Origin: a virus
Strand: one strand, 5' to 3'
IMG/VR virus record: IMGVR_UViG_3300028392_000054
Span: 17,730-81,729 of that record
DNA: 64,000 nt
The position numbers and the translations under genes were made by a program. Below are positions 26,176 through 35,442 of this stretch, piece by piece. Under the pieces are notes generated by a model. The model was given only the letters and a program-made list of their open reading frames with translations. It did not search any database and was not told where the DNA came from. Each line of letters opens with the position of its first letter. Position 1 is the stretch's first letter.

Positions 26176-28832
26176 GTAGCGGTAGTACCAATAAATACCG
26201 CGTAAGTAGACCCTAGAGGTAGGTAGTCAGCTAGTACAGCGTTTAAACGATTTTGAGTTAAGAATTTGTTAGGGTAATAAAGGCTTCTACCAGTGCTTGC
26301 TGTACCTTTAGTACCGGCAGCATTTTGCTCCCAAACTAAATCATCCGTGTTATTGTACCCAGTACCGCCATCGAAATAGGCATTTACAGTAGCACTTGAT
26401 TCAAACAAAATAGAATCTACATAGTAAATATGAGTGCTAGCTCCAGTAAAAGTTAATGTAATTGTTGCTGTTGCAGCAGTTGCTGGGGAAATCATTTGTG
26501 TAGAACCTGAGATAGGAGTTAACGACAAACGGCTAAAAGTAGCGGTAGGTAAAGTTAAGGCGGCTGAGGTATCGGTTTGTAAAGTAGTACCGCCAGAATC
26601 TTTCCAAATAACGCTTACAGTAACAGTATCTGCGTTTGAACCTTTTACATAAGCACTAAACGAATATTGTGTATTTGCAGATATTGCAATAGTACTACTT
26701 GGGGTTAATGTAGTAGATGCAGCATTTGCGGTAAGTTTAGCCGACTTTGTGCTATTTGCAGTACCTAAGCCGATTGAACTAGTTGGATACACATTTCCAG
26801 CCGTAGCATCTGTTGCAAAAGCGCTAGTACCAGTAGTAGACCAGTTAGTAGTAGCAAGCTCAAATCCAGGGTTAATAACCTGGTTAATTCTAGGAGCGTT
26901 TAAATAAAGGTCCACGCGTCTAGGATCAGAATATTTTGTAGCAAATGGGGAAGCTTCAAATTGGAAAGCATCAAAGTAATATTTATCACCTACCGTAATT
27001 AAATTAGCTATACCTATAGTTGTAGTGTTGTAAATCTGTATAAAAGGAACACCATAGGCAGCATAAGTAGGGGCTGTATTAGTGTATGATTTGTTAGTCC
27101 AAATATTTGCATCAATATCGTAAATTGCTGTACTACTACCTAACGCGGTAGAGATGAATGATCCGTATTGGTCATACCATTTAATTCCGGGACCAATTTC
27201 ACGTCCGGTTGGAAAATAACCGTAAAAAGAAAATTTATAACTTGTTCCACCGGTTACTGGGATTCCATAAAGAACTGGGTTATATGAGTTAATTGTTCCA
27301 GAACCGCTTGTTGGAGAAACTGTAATTGGACCGCCAGAAACACCAGCGGCTGCAATTGCTGAGTTATAGAAAGTAAAAGAAGTAGGGCTAGGAACGCTAA
27401 TTATTTTAATTATGCCGTTTATATAATTCGGGGTCATGCCTTGAAGAACTATAGATTGTCCAACAGAAAAACCATGTTCAGCAGTAGTAGTAAGCGTAAC
27501 AAAACCATAACCATCCACAGCATTAGTGGTTGTAGTTGCCGTTATGCTAAAACTATCTGTAGATATTCCATATGATAACTCCCATGCTGATTGGCCAGCT
27601 GTTGAAGTTATAGTAGCTTTTAAATAACCAAGACGACTATTTGCATAACCAGTAGGGGAGTTAGACTCAGAGTAAGCTGCTGGGCTTCCTCCTTCTAACG
27701 CTGGGGTAGTATTTACGGCCGTCATAGCGTTTCCGCTAGTACCCCAATATCCATCAGATGTCTCAAAAGAAGCACAATCAAGTGTCAAAAATAAGTTTTT
27801 AAAAGGGTTAATAGTCGCCGGGTAACCGGTAAATGAAGTAACAAATTGTTTTACGCCTTGGCCAGTTCCTTTATTAAGGTAGATATAATCAGCGTTATTA
27901 AGCATCCTTCTGCTTTGTTGTATGCCCAATCCGCTTTCATATGAAAAGCCCATTTGGTCCATAAGAGCTGGCAATAACTTGCCGTCTAAATTATTTACAT
28001 CGTATCTATTTTTAGCGTTCTCTACTTTTGTTTTAATGAGGTCATACTGAACACCAATAACTCTTAATAAGTTATATAAGTCATTATTTTTATTAGAGCT
28101 AGTTGAGGAAGATAAATAAACTTGAGGCAAGGAGTTATACATTACATTAGCGGTATTATAGTCCTTAATAGATGTGCCCATGGCAGTTCCAACACGTTGC
28201 CAATAACTATTTGTGTAAACAAACGCGGAATAGTAATAGGACTTACCTGGAGTTAAGAACGTTGGAGAAAATGTTAAAGTAGTGCCGTCTGGAATATAAG
28301 CAGGTTTGCTTAAAGTTAAGGTAGTTCCGTTAATTGCAGCTACAGTAGTGTTTCCTACAACTCCACTACCTGAGTTGGGGCCGGTTAAATAAATCGTTGG
28401 GGTATAAGTAACTAGTTGACCAACTTTAATGTTTGCGTTAGCCGCAGTAAGAGTTACGTAAATGCTAGCGTCTACTGTGCCCGTAGTGATAGAAGTATAA
28501 GTAGTAGTTGCAGAGCCGGTAATAGGATCGTAAAAAGAACCTGTATCTGTAAGCGTACCAGTAGTTCCTAAAAGGCTTGATAATTCAGATGTAGTAGCTT
28601 TATAAATTACATTTCCACCATCAGGCGTAATAGGAAAACCAACTGCGCTTCTTACTATTAAAAACGTTGTTCCAGATACAGGAAAAGTGCTTGTATTATT
28701 TGGATACACCCAAGACAGTTTAATAGTTCCATAGTCTAAAGACTGTGTAGTAAACGGGTATGCGCTTATATCGGTAGTGGCTCCAATACCATACCTAAAA
28801 ACCCCATATACTTTAGAACCATAAGTTGTCAT
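26172..28832 (-). CDS. baseplate/tail protein (P2 gpI-like core plus CBM-like domains)
   Basis: SLPQVY...LLPALMDQMGF...IYLNKGTGQGV; N.VINPGFE carbohydrate-binding-like repeats; follows baseplate J. Confidence 0.7.
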   Translation of the reverse strand: MTTYGSKVYGVFRYGIGATTDISAYPFTTQSLDYGTIKLSWVYPNNTSTFPVSGTTFLIVRSAVGFPITPDGGNVIYKATTSELSSLLGTTGTLTDTGSFYDPITGSATTTYTSITTGTVDASIYVTLTAANANIKVGQLVTYTPTIYLTGPNSGSGVVGNTTVAAINGTTLTLSKPAYIPDGTTLTFSPTFLTPGKSYYYSAFVYTNSYWQRVGTAMGTSIKDYNTANVMYNSLPQVYLSSSTSSNKNNDLYNLLRVIGVQYDLIKTKVENAKNRYDVNNLDGKLLPALMDQMGFSYESGLGIQQSRRMLNNADYIYLNKGTGQGVKQFVTSFTGYPATINPFKNLFLTLDCASFETSDGYWGTSGNAMTAVNTTPALEGGSPAAYSESNSPTGYANSRLGYLKATITSTAGQSAWELSYGISTDSFSITATTTTNAVDGYGFVTLTTTAEHGFSVGQSIVLQGMTPNYINGIIKIISVPSPTSFTFYNSAIAAAGVSGGPITVSPTSGSGTINSYNPVLYGIPVTGGTSYKFSFYGYFPTGREIGPGIKWYDQYGSFISTALGSSTAIYDIDANIWTNKSYTNTAPTYAAYGVPFIQIYNTTTIGIANLITVGDKYYFDAFQFEASPFATKYSDPRRVDLYLNAPRINQVINPGFELATTNWSTTGTSAFATDATAGNVYPTSSIGLGTANSTKSAKLTANAASTTLTPSSTIAISANTQYSFSAYVKGSNADTVTVSVIWKDSGGTTLQTDTSAALTLPTATFSRLSLTPISGSTQMISPATAATATITLTFTGASTHIYYVDSILFESSATVNAYFDGGTGYNNTDDLVWEQNAAGTKGTASTGRSLYYPNKFLTQNRLNAVLADYLPLGSTYAVFIGTTAT

Positions 28833-28842
28833 TATTTACCTA

Positions 28843-29547
28843 TTACTTAACGCCGTAGATATAATATGTCGATGTAGTAGGAGCAGTGGCGTGAGAAAAA
28901 GTAATGTTTGTAATTGCTCCAGTAATTGTTCCACCAGAAATATATGAACCAGCTCCCCAACCAAGTGCGTTTGTCCAGTTAATTGGTTTAGTACCTGATG
29001 CGGATGCGTTATAAATTTCTGCTTGCAATGCGTCACCGCTAGCAGGGGCAGCATTATTAGTTATTGGAAGACCAGTAGTAGCAGCATTATCTCCTACAAC
29101 AGTTGGAGAAGCGGCATAGTTAAACCTACCAAATTTTTGTAAAGTAGAGCTATTAACGTTCATATCAACTTTGCTTCCAGAAGTCATGTTTTGGAAATAA
29201 ATAATTACAACTACTTTATTATATCCCGTAGTAGTGATTGAAACTGAAGTTGAGGTGCTAGCTAGAGAACCAGTAGCAAGTTGTGTATATCCGACACGTG
29301 TACCGTTAGTACCATCACCTGTAAGTCCGGCTTCTAAGTTATTTAATCTAGCTGCTACAGTAGTGTTTGTTCCGGATGCGTTATACGTACCACCAGTTGC
29401 AATTATAGAAGTCCTTGGAGTAGTACCGAGCTCGCCTTCAATTGCCTGGATTTCTCCTTGAACGCTGTTCATATCAGCAGCTAATACTGTGTCAACACCA
29501 TCTACTTTATTAGTATAGGTTTTTAACGAAGCTGGATAAGTTGCCAT
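28843..29547 (-). CDS. putative tail fiber/structural protein
   Basis: YPASL..YTNKVDGVDTVLAADMNSVQ.EI.AIE.ELG N-terminus; C-terminal ITNITF...YYIYGVK. Confidence 0.65.
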   Translation of the reverse strand: MATYPASLKTYTNKVDGVDTVLAADMNSVQGEIQAIEGELGTTPRTSIIATGGTYNASGTNTTVAARLNNLEAGLTGDGTNGTRVGYTQLATGSLASTSTSVSITTTGYNKVVVIIYFQNMTSGSKVDMNVNSSTLQKFGRFNYAASPTVVGDNAATTGLPITNNAAPASGDALQAEIYNASASGTKPINWTNALGWGAGSYISGGTITGAITNITFSHATAPTTSTYYIYGVK

Positions 29548-29561
29548 TTATTTATTCTCCT

Positions 29562-31802
29562 TTATTGAAGTCCGCCAGTAGCGGCAATAGTGAATGTACC
29601 TTTAATAGGAATTTCATTAGCGGCACAAACAATTCCAGATGTAACAACTCCATTTAAAGTAGTTGAATCTACCGCTGTTACAGAAGCTAAGTTTAAGTAT
29701 GTGCTAGGCGGCCAGCTAAACGAAAGGGCTGTACCGCTTGCTGTAACAGAACCAATAATTACTGAAATAGTAATTGAGGCTGCACTTACTAATGTAACTA
29801 TAGCTGGGTTATACGATTCAGTAGGTAAGTTAGTTCCAGTAACATACATACCTGCAACAATTCCTTTAGCAGCTGGAGTTGCAATAGGAATGGTGTAAGC
29901 TCCAGGAACCGTCACAGCTGATGATGTGACACCCGTAGGTGTTGCTGTACCCGCAGGTACTGTAATTGTTACTGAGTTAGTAGTAACAGAGTTTACAGCG
30001 TATGTGCCGTCAAAAGTAGCTACGCCAGAAACTGTTATTATTTGTCCAGCGGTAATGTTGTGGTTATTTGGAAAAAATAATGTGGCAGTACCAGCAGTAC
30101 GAGTATAGTAATAAACCCAATAGCGTTGTTCATTAGAGTTTTTACGTAAATGCTCAACAGTGGCATAATCAACACCGTCAATATTTGTAATAGAATTTAA
30201 AACAAAATGTGGCGGAACCCTATCGGCAAAGAATGAGTTATTGTAAGAAACTAAACTAGATAAAGCATTTTGAACCTGAGTTACCACCGATGCTTGACTG
30301 TATTGTGGAAGCACATGCAAAGTCATATTAAGGTTAACAGGAACATATGTAGGAGGCAATACAGATAAGCTAACGTTAGGTGCAACTTTATCTGTAAAAT
30401 AATTAACTACATCTGTTTTAAGTGTGGTAAAAGCACTGGTGTTACTACCAGTAGCAGTAACTACAGCATTAGGGCCAGCAGCAATTGCTGCTTTATTAGG
30501 AAGCGTAGTAATTCCAGAAGGTTTAGCTACAGTAAATTTTGTATTGTCTGCATATGTAACCATGGTAGGGGTGACTATATCATAAGTAACCCAGGTACAT
30601 CCTGTAACTGTTACATAACTTTGATTGGTAACAAGGCTTGTAGTTGCAACAGTATAAGTAAGATATCCGGTACCAGCAGTGCTATCGCTAGCCGTTTCAG
30701 CTACAGCAGTAATATTAGTAAATGGACCATAAGTATTTATGGCACTGCTACTAAAAGGTGCAATGTATAAATTAACGTTAGACCAAACAGATGCGTCTGC
30801 GTTAGCTTTAGATATCCCAGATACTTGAAGAGCCAGATAACCGTAGTCTTTTAAAGATACCGCACGGCGTAGGGTTCTCAATGCCCTAGGTGCATTAACT
30901 CTAATAGAGTCAGTAGACTCAAGGTCTGCGCCACCAGTACCGGCATTAAGTTGAGTAACAGTTACATTGTAGCTACCAGTGAGAGTTTTTTGGGCTAAAG
31001 AACCTAAAGCAATGTTTCCAGCTGAGCCGACTCCGGTACGATAGGTAGCTGTAATTGTGTAAGTTGCAGGTGGGATACGACCACCAACTCCGTCACCAAA
31101 TACAATATAGGTATAGCCATCTGCATCCATGTTTGTTGTAAAGGATGAATCGTAAGGGTTATTGTCTACAAGAGCAGAGCTGTATGTATATGGAACACCA
31201 CCAACTTTTACGGTAATGTTGCTTCCAGTGCTGTTAATTACAACACCGGCTTGAGAAATTTTAAATACTTGACTTGGTGTTCCATTAGAGGTTCCAAGTG
31301 ATTCGTCAGTAGTTGTGATACCTTGAGTAGCGGTTGTATTGACCGTAACACCAAATGCTACAGACACATCAGAGTCAAGCTCAAATACTACTTGAGTGCT
31401 TTGCCCATTAACATTAGTTGTAGAAGCAACTTGAGTACCAGCTGGAATTGTTAAAGTTCCGCTAGCGTTATTGTTTTTAATGGATAAAGATACTGTAGCT
31501 GCGCTGCTTGGGGTAGGAGTATAGCCAAGCATGTTAGCTATTTGCAGAACGCTAGCACGCTGGCTAGCGGTACCTAAAAACCCTTCAGAAGCCATACGGT
31601 CAGTGTAAAAGCTAAGAATGTCACCAAGGTAAGCAAAGGTTTCAAGAAGGGCTACGCCAATGTCGGTCGGATCGCTAACAGCCCAGGTAGGGTTGAATTG
31701 CTTAGCGATAGCAGTTAAGTCCGTTAAAATTGCTGTATAGTCACGTGAGACGTAGTCAATTTGCGGAATATAGTTTTTAGTAACGCTAACGTTAGTAGCC
31801 AT
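29562..31802 (-). CDS. baseplate wedge protein (gpJ/gp6-like)
   Basis: IDYVSRDY, DIGVALLETFAYLGDILSFYTD, FGDGVGGRIP, GGADLES.DSIR, RAVSLKDY. Confidence 0.9.
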   Translation of the reverse strand: MATNVSVTKNYIPQIDYVSRDYTAILTDLTAIAKQFNPTWAVSDPTDIGVALLETFAYLGDILSFYTDRMASEGFLGTASQRASVLQIANMLGYTPTPSSAATVSLSIKNNNASGTLTIPAGTQVASTTNVNGQSTQVVFELDSDVSVAFGVTVNTTATQGITTTDESLGTSNGTPSQVFKISQAGVVINSTGSNITVKVGGVPYTYSSALVDNNPYDSSFTTNMDADGYTYIVFGDGVGGRIPPATYTITATYRTGVGSAGNIALGSLAQKTLTGSYNVTVTQLNAGTGGADLESTDSIRVNAPRALRTLRRAVSLKDYGYLALQVSGISKANADASVWSNVNLYIAPFSSSAINTYGPFTNITAVAETASDSTAGTGYLTYTVATTSLVTNQSYVTVTGCTWVTYDIVTPTMVTYADNTKFTVAKPSGITTLPNKAAIAAGPNAVVTATGSNTSAFTTLKTDVVNYFTDKVAPNVSLSVLPPTYVPVNLNMTLHVLPQYSQASVVTQVQNALSSLVSYNNSFFADRVPPHFVLNSITNIDGVDYATVEHLRKNSNEQRYWVYYYTRTAGTATLFFPNNHNITAGQIITVSGVATFDGTYAVNSVTTNSVTITVPAGTATPTGVTSSAVTVPGAYTIPIATPAAKGIVAGMYVTGTNLPTESYNPAIVTLVSAASITISVIIGSVTASGTALSFSWPPSTYLNLASVTAVDSTTLNGVVTSGIVCAANEIPIKGTFTIAATGGLQ

Positions 31803-32221
31803 TAGTTAATCTCCTGAAGCAAGTCACCAGAACGGTTGAATATTCCAGTATTAATTGTAACACTATCTGCCTCTCCGTTGGGCAGTCCATAGGTAATACT
31901 TACGGTTAAAGTGCCTGTAGCTGGGTCAAATAACGGACTAATTTGACGCAATTCAAGGTTTGGCAACCAAGCGGTAAAAGTTTGAGTAATGCTGTCTTTG
32001 GCTATTTGACCAGCCGTAGCTTCTGGTTCAAATACAACAGTATGCAAATTACTACCAAAATCAGGGCGCATTAAGCGTTCTCCTGGCCTAGTTCCTAATA
32101 CTAACAACACTCGTTGCTGCCATATTTTCTTAGGGTCGGTAGTAGCTGCAACCGTATTAATATAAGTGCCAGCAATGTTTTTGCTTAAAGAAAATGGGTA
32201 ATTTATTACATTAATTGCCAT
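31802..32221 (-). CDS. baseplate wedge protein gp25/gpW-like
   Basis: LGTRPGERLMRPDFGSNL...FEP. Confidence 0.9.
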   Translation of the reverse strand: MAINVINYPFSLSKNIAGTYINTVAATTDPKKIWQQRVLLVLGTRPGERLMRPDFGSNLHTVVFEPEATAGQIAKDSITQTFTAWLPNLELRQISPLFDPATGTLTVSITYGLPNGEADSVTINTGIFNRSGDLLQEIN

Positions 32222-32451
32222 TAGAATGTTCCTAACCATAATGGGAAATCGGGGTCTCCGCCTTCAAACATAATCCAACATAAATTTTCAGACACTACAG
32301 TATCATTTTTTCTAATAGGCCAAGCCCAATTAGTAACTTCAGTACCAAAAACTTGTGGGACTCTTACAGTAATTCTGCCTAGGTTTTCAGGGTCATTAGT
32401 AGCTACTACTATGCCGCGATAAATTCCTTGGTATTTAATATCAGATTGCAT
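32221..32451 (-). CDS. baseplate spike gp5/gpV N-terminal OB-fold only
   Basis: GIYRGIVV..NDPENLGRITVRVPQV..WAWP..WIMFEGGDPDFPLWLG, then stop. Confidence 0.8.
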   Translation of the reverse strand: MQSDIKYQGIYRGIVVATNDPENLGRITVRVPQVFGTEVTNWAWPIRKNDTVVSENLCWIMFEGGDPDFPLWLGTF

Positions 32452-33751
32452 TAGACCTCAATTTTGCCCATACAGCTTCGGGCATACGTTCATCTACTAT
32501 TTTATAATTTAAATCACGGTGAGTGGAGCCCCAACGAGAAGTGGCCACAAAAGGTCCGGTCTGAGCAGCTCGGTTAATTCTATTTACAAGCTCCGTTTGC
32601 TGATAACGTTTAGTAGTAATTGTAGGCAGATTTATAATTGTTTTAGGTTTAACGTTAGTATTTCTTTGATTTGGGATAAGTCTTCTTGTTGGGTTGACAG
32701 AAGGTACTTCAGGTATTCTAATGTCAGATGCCCTACCAAGAGAGTCAGATGCTACCATTAACTCACAAGTATACATTTGCTGGTTTAAGTTATCTTCAAC
32801 AACTTCATGGGTAACACTAAGTACTGTCCAATAGCCAGAGTATTCTGCGCCAACATTTTTAAGGTATACAGGTAAACATGGGCGCATAGAAGACACACCA
32901 ATTGTCTGCACTTTAGCGGCGTAAGGAAATCTGCTGTACTCATCAGAAGCTTTTGCTAATTGATTAGCTGTCTGATAATCATTAGCCACTACACCCGTAG
33001 CATGGTCATCAAAAAACTCTTGATTAGAAAATTGGCGACTAGGGTTAAATGAAGTTTGCGTAGTTATCTTAAATTCTTGACCAGTAACAGGGTTTACACC
33101 CGCTACTGAAGTTGCAGCTTTTTTAAACCCAAACTGTCTTAAAGTTTCGCTAATAACAGTTTTAAATGAGTAAATAGGATTTGTAGGTTTAAACCCACCA
33201 TCAGCTTTTTGAAAACTTACAGCTTCTGTAATAAGATTAGTAAAGTCCTCAGTAAGTGGTTGAAAATAAATTTCAGTGTTTTCAGCTCTTAAAAAGTAAC
33301 CAGACTGTTTAGCAAGGCGAACCATAAATTCCCAGTCAGTCATTCCAGCTTGAGCTAGTTGGTCATAGATACGTGGGTGTGGCGTAACCTTATATGCAAA
33401 ATTATATTTCTTAGCTATTTCAGCAACTATTTGATCGGCAGACATGTTTTGATAAATTTTTTGGCTAGCCTGTTTCATAACATATGATGCGCCAATAAAA
33501 CCTACTTTTGTAAAGCTTTTAGTAGCAGACTGATTGCCTTGTAAATCATGCACATAACCGTGATAGTCTTTATCTTTAATGGTAAGTATCATCAAAGAAC
33601 CAGGTTTAATGTTTAACGGGTCTAAGTTCCAGTCTCTAAATTCAACAGTTGCGTAGTCATGAGCAAAAATTTCTTGAGTAAGGCTCACTCTATACACCCT
33701 TTTAGGTTGTATAGCACTAGTTGGAAAGTTAACGGTAACGTAATTAGACAC
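32441..33751 (-). CDS. baseplate hub protein (gpD/VgrG-like)
   Basis: IVAEIAKKYNF, QAGMTDWEFMVRLAKQSGY, YSGYWTVLSVTH. Confidence 0.8.
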   Translation of the reverse strand: MSNYVTVNFPTSAIQPKRVYRVSLTQEIFAHDYATVEFRDWNLDPLNIKPGSLMILTIKDKDYHGYVHDLQGNQSATKSFTKVGFIGASYVMKQASQKIYQNMSADQIVAEIAKKYNFAYKVTPHPRIYDQLAQAGMTDWEFMVRLAKQSGYFLRAENTEIYFQPLTEDFTNLITEAVSFQKADGGFKPTNPIYSFKTVISETLRQFGFKKAATSVAGVNPVTGQEFKITTQTSFNPSRQFSNQEFFDDHATGVVANDYQTANQLAKASDEYSRFPYAAKVQTIGVSSMRPCLPVYLKNVGAEYSGYWTVLSVTHEVVEDNLNQQMYTCELMVASDSLGRASDIRIPEVPSVNPTRRLIPNQRNTNVKPKTIINLPTITTKRYQQTELVNRINRAAQTGPFVATSRWGSTHRDLNYKIVDERMPEAVWAKLRSNAI

Positions 33752-34028
33752 GTGGAATCCTAATGTTTGTGCCAGCAGGTACGTTTAACCAGTCTGAAAT
33801 CTTAGGGTTAAACTCAGCAATAATCCACCAACGAGTAGGAAACAAGAAAAACTTAGTGGCTAAGTTATCCAAGCGGTCACCGTTTTTCCATTCGTAATCA
33901 ATATAGTTCAGTGCACCAAATTCGCTAAAATCATAGAATAAGACTGGCGCGTTTTCACCAGTAGGTTTTGTAGCAAAGTAATCTACTGTAGAGTCATAGT
34001 ATCTTGAATCATTAGATGGTGCTGCCAT
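33744..34028 (-). CDS. LysM/tail X-like baseplate protein
   Basis: GDRLDNLATKF...WWIIAEFNP...GTNIRIP; start moved to MAAPS after GGAGGA. Confidence 0.8.
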   Translation of the reverse strand: MAAPSNDSRYYDSTVDYFATKPTGENAPVLFYDFSEFGALNYIDYEWKNGDRLDNLATKFFLFPTRWWIIAEFNPKISDWLNVPAGTNIRIPRV

Positions 34029-34029
34029 T

Positions 34030-35442
34030 TTAAAGTCCTCCTCCGCCGCCGCCGCCGCTACCGCCGCCAGAATAACCTTGGCCTCCAGAACCACCAGTAT
34101 TGCTAATATCACTGCTAATACCAGCACTAGCGGTAGTAAGACCAGCAGTAGCCAATAGATTAAACGCAACTTGCACTGTACTTTGAATTGGAATCATATC
34201 TTGAGTAAACATAGTATGTGTAACAGCCATGTTAGTTACATAACCTAAATAAGATAATGGACCTATATCAATATTTAATAGTGTAGGCATTAAGAAACCA
34301 ATGTCAGCAGTAATTATACCACGGCCATTCTTCCAGTAATCTCCTCCAGCTGCGGTGCTTCCAGGACCTGGGCCATTGATAGCAGTATATAGATATTCAA
34401 TATCCGCTAAAGTTCCACGTTGAAATAAATCAACAAGCTTTTTTTCAACAGTTTTTAAACGCCCATTTCTAAGCAAAGATGCAGTAAAACTTCCATTGTT
34501 TGAGTAGTAAGGAACAAAATTAGCCACATCAGCTTCTGTAATAAAGTTATTAGTTCCAGGATTACCTAGCGCACTACCAATATTACTAGGGCGTTTAAAT
34601 AAAGCGTTTGCACAAGCAAAGTCATTTATACGATTAACTTCAATAGTAAATGATATAGATTCAGTAGCAGGAAACGCACCTACTTGACCTAGGAAACGGT
34701 CATTAACGTTTGGCGTAGCATCCATTTGAACAGATACGCTTGTACCAAAACTTGTAGGGTTCCACAAAAACTGAAAGCCATATTTACGGTCAGCATTATC
34801 AATTTTTGTAGTTTTACCGTTGCCATCGATAGTGCTCAAAGAATTGTCTGTGGCTCTCCACCAAATACGGCCTCTGCGATAGCGGTCATCTGAAGCAGGC
34901 TTGTGGTTTTCAGGAGGCATGTTATTAGGGTCTGAGCTAGCAAATCTAGGCATACTCCATTTGTGTGGCGGCAAGTTCCACTGGTATTCCCCAGGATTTG
35001 CTGGAGCTACAGGAACCTTAACGTTAAACTTATTGTCAGAGGTAGCATTTACTTTTTGGTCAAATCTAGGGATTACTTTTGTAATATCTCCATAAGTTAT
35101 AGAAGGAGTAATTGACCCATTACCTTTAGTAAGTTTAATAGGCGAACCAATAGTTTGAATAGATGTTCCATCTTTAGTAGATAAGCCAGGAGTGACTGAA
35201 TCAAAAAAGAATTTGCCAGATGCGTTTGGCACAGTCGGAACATACTTATAACTTTTCTTTAATGAAGTAGTAATTCCAGGGCTAACTTCATAATTAACTG
35301 ACGCTGGCAAAGTTGTAGAGGTATCCCCTACAACATAAGATGAGCTATCTACATATACGTTTACAATAGTGTTATTAGCATTAGTGCTTGTAATGTAGCC
35401 CATAGACCTTGCGCTTGCTGAGCTGCTAGTATTTCCCGCCAT
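34030..35442 (-). CDS. tail tube initiator/baseplate-proximal protein
   Basis: FQFLWNPTSF, YLGYVTNMAVTHTMF..DMIP; lies between the tape measure and LysM genes. Confidence 0.65.
   Translation of the reverse strand: MAGNTSSSASARSMGYITSTNANNTIVNVYVDSSSYVVGDTSTTLPASVNYEVSPGITTSLKKSYKYVPTVPNASGKFFFDSVTPGLSTKDGTSIQTIGSPIKLTKGNGSITPSITYGDITKVIPRFDQKVNATSDNKFNVKVPVAPANPGEYQWNLPPHKWSMPRFASSDPNNMPPENHKPASDDRYRRGRIWWRATDNSLSTIDGNGKTTKIDNADRKYGFQFLWNPTSFGTSVSVQMDATPNVNDRFLGQVGAFPATESISFTIEVNRINDFACANALFKRPSNIGSALGNPGTNNFITEADVANFVPYYSNNGSFTASLLRNGRLKTVEKKLVDLFQRGTLADIEYLYTAINGPGPGSTAAGGDYWKNGRGIITADIGFLMPTLLNIDIGPLSYLGYVTNMAVTHTMFTQDMIPIQSTVQVAFNLLATAGLTTASAGISSDISNTGGSGGQGYSGGGSGGGGGGGL

Noticed and set aside
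33744-34169. N-terminal hydrophobic extension on the LysM protein
   Set aside because: It is the alternative frame of the Gly/Ser-rich end of the upstream gene; a better start with GGAGGA RBS is at 34028.
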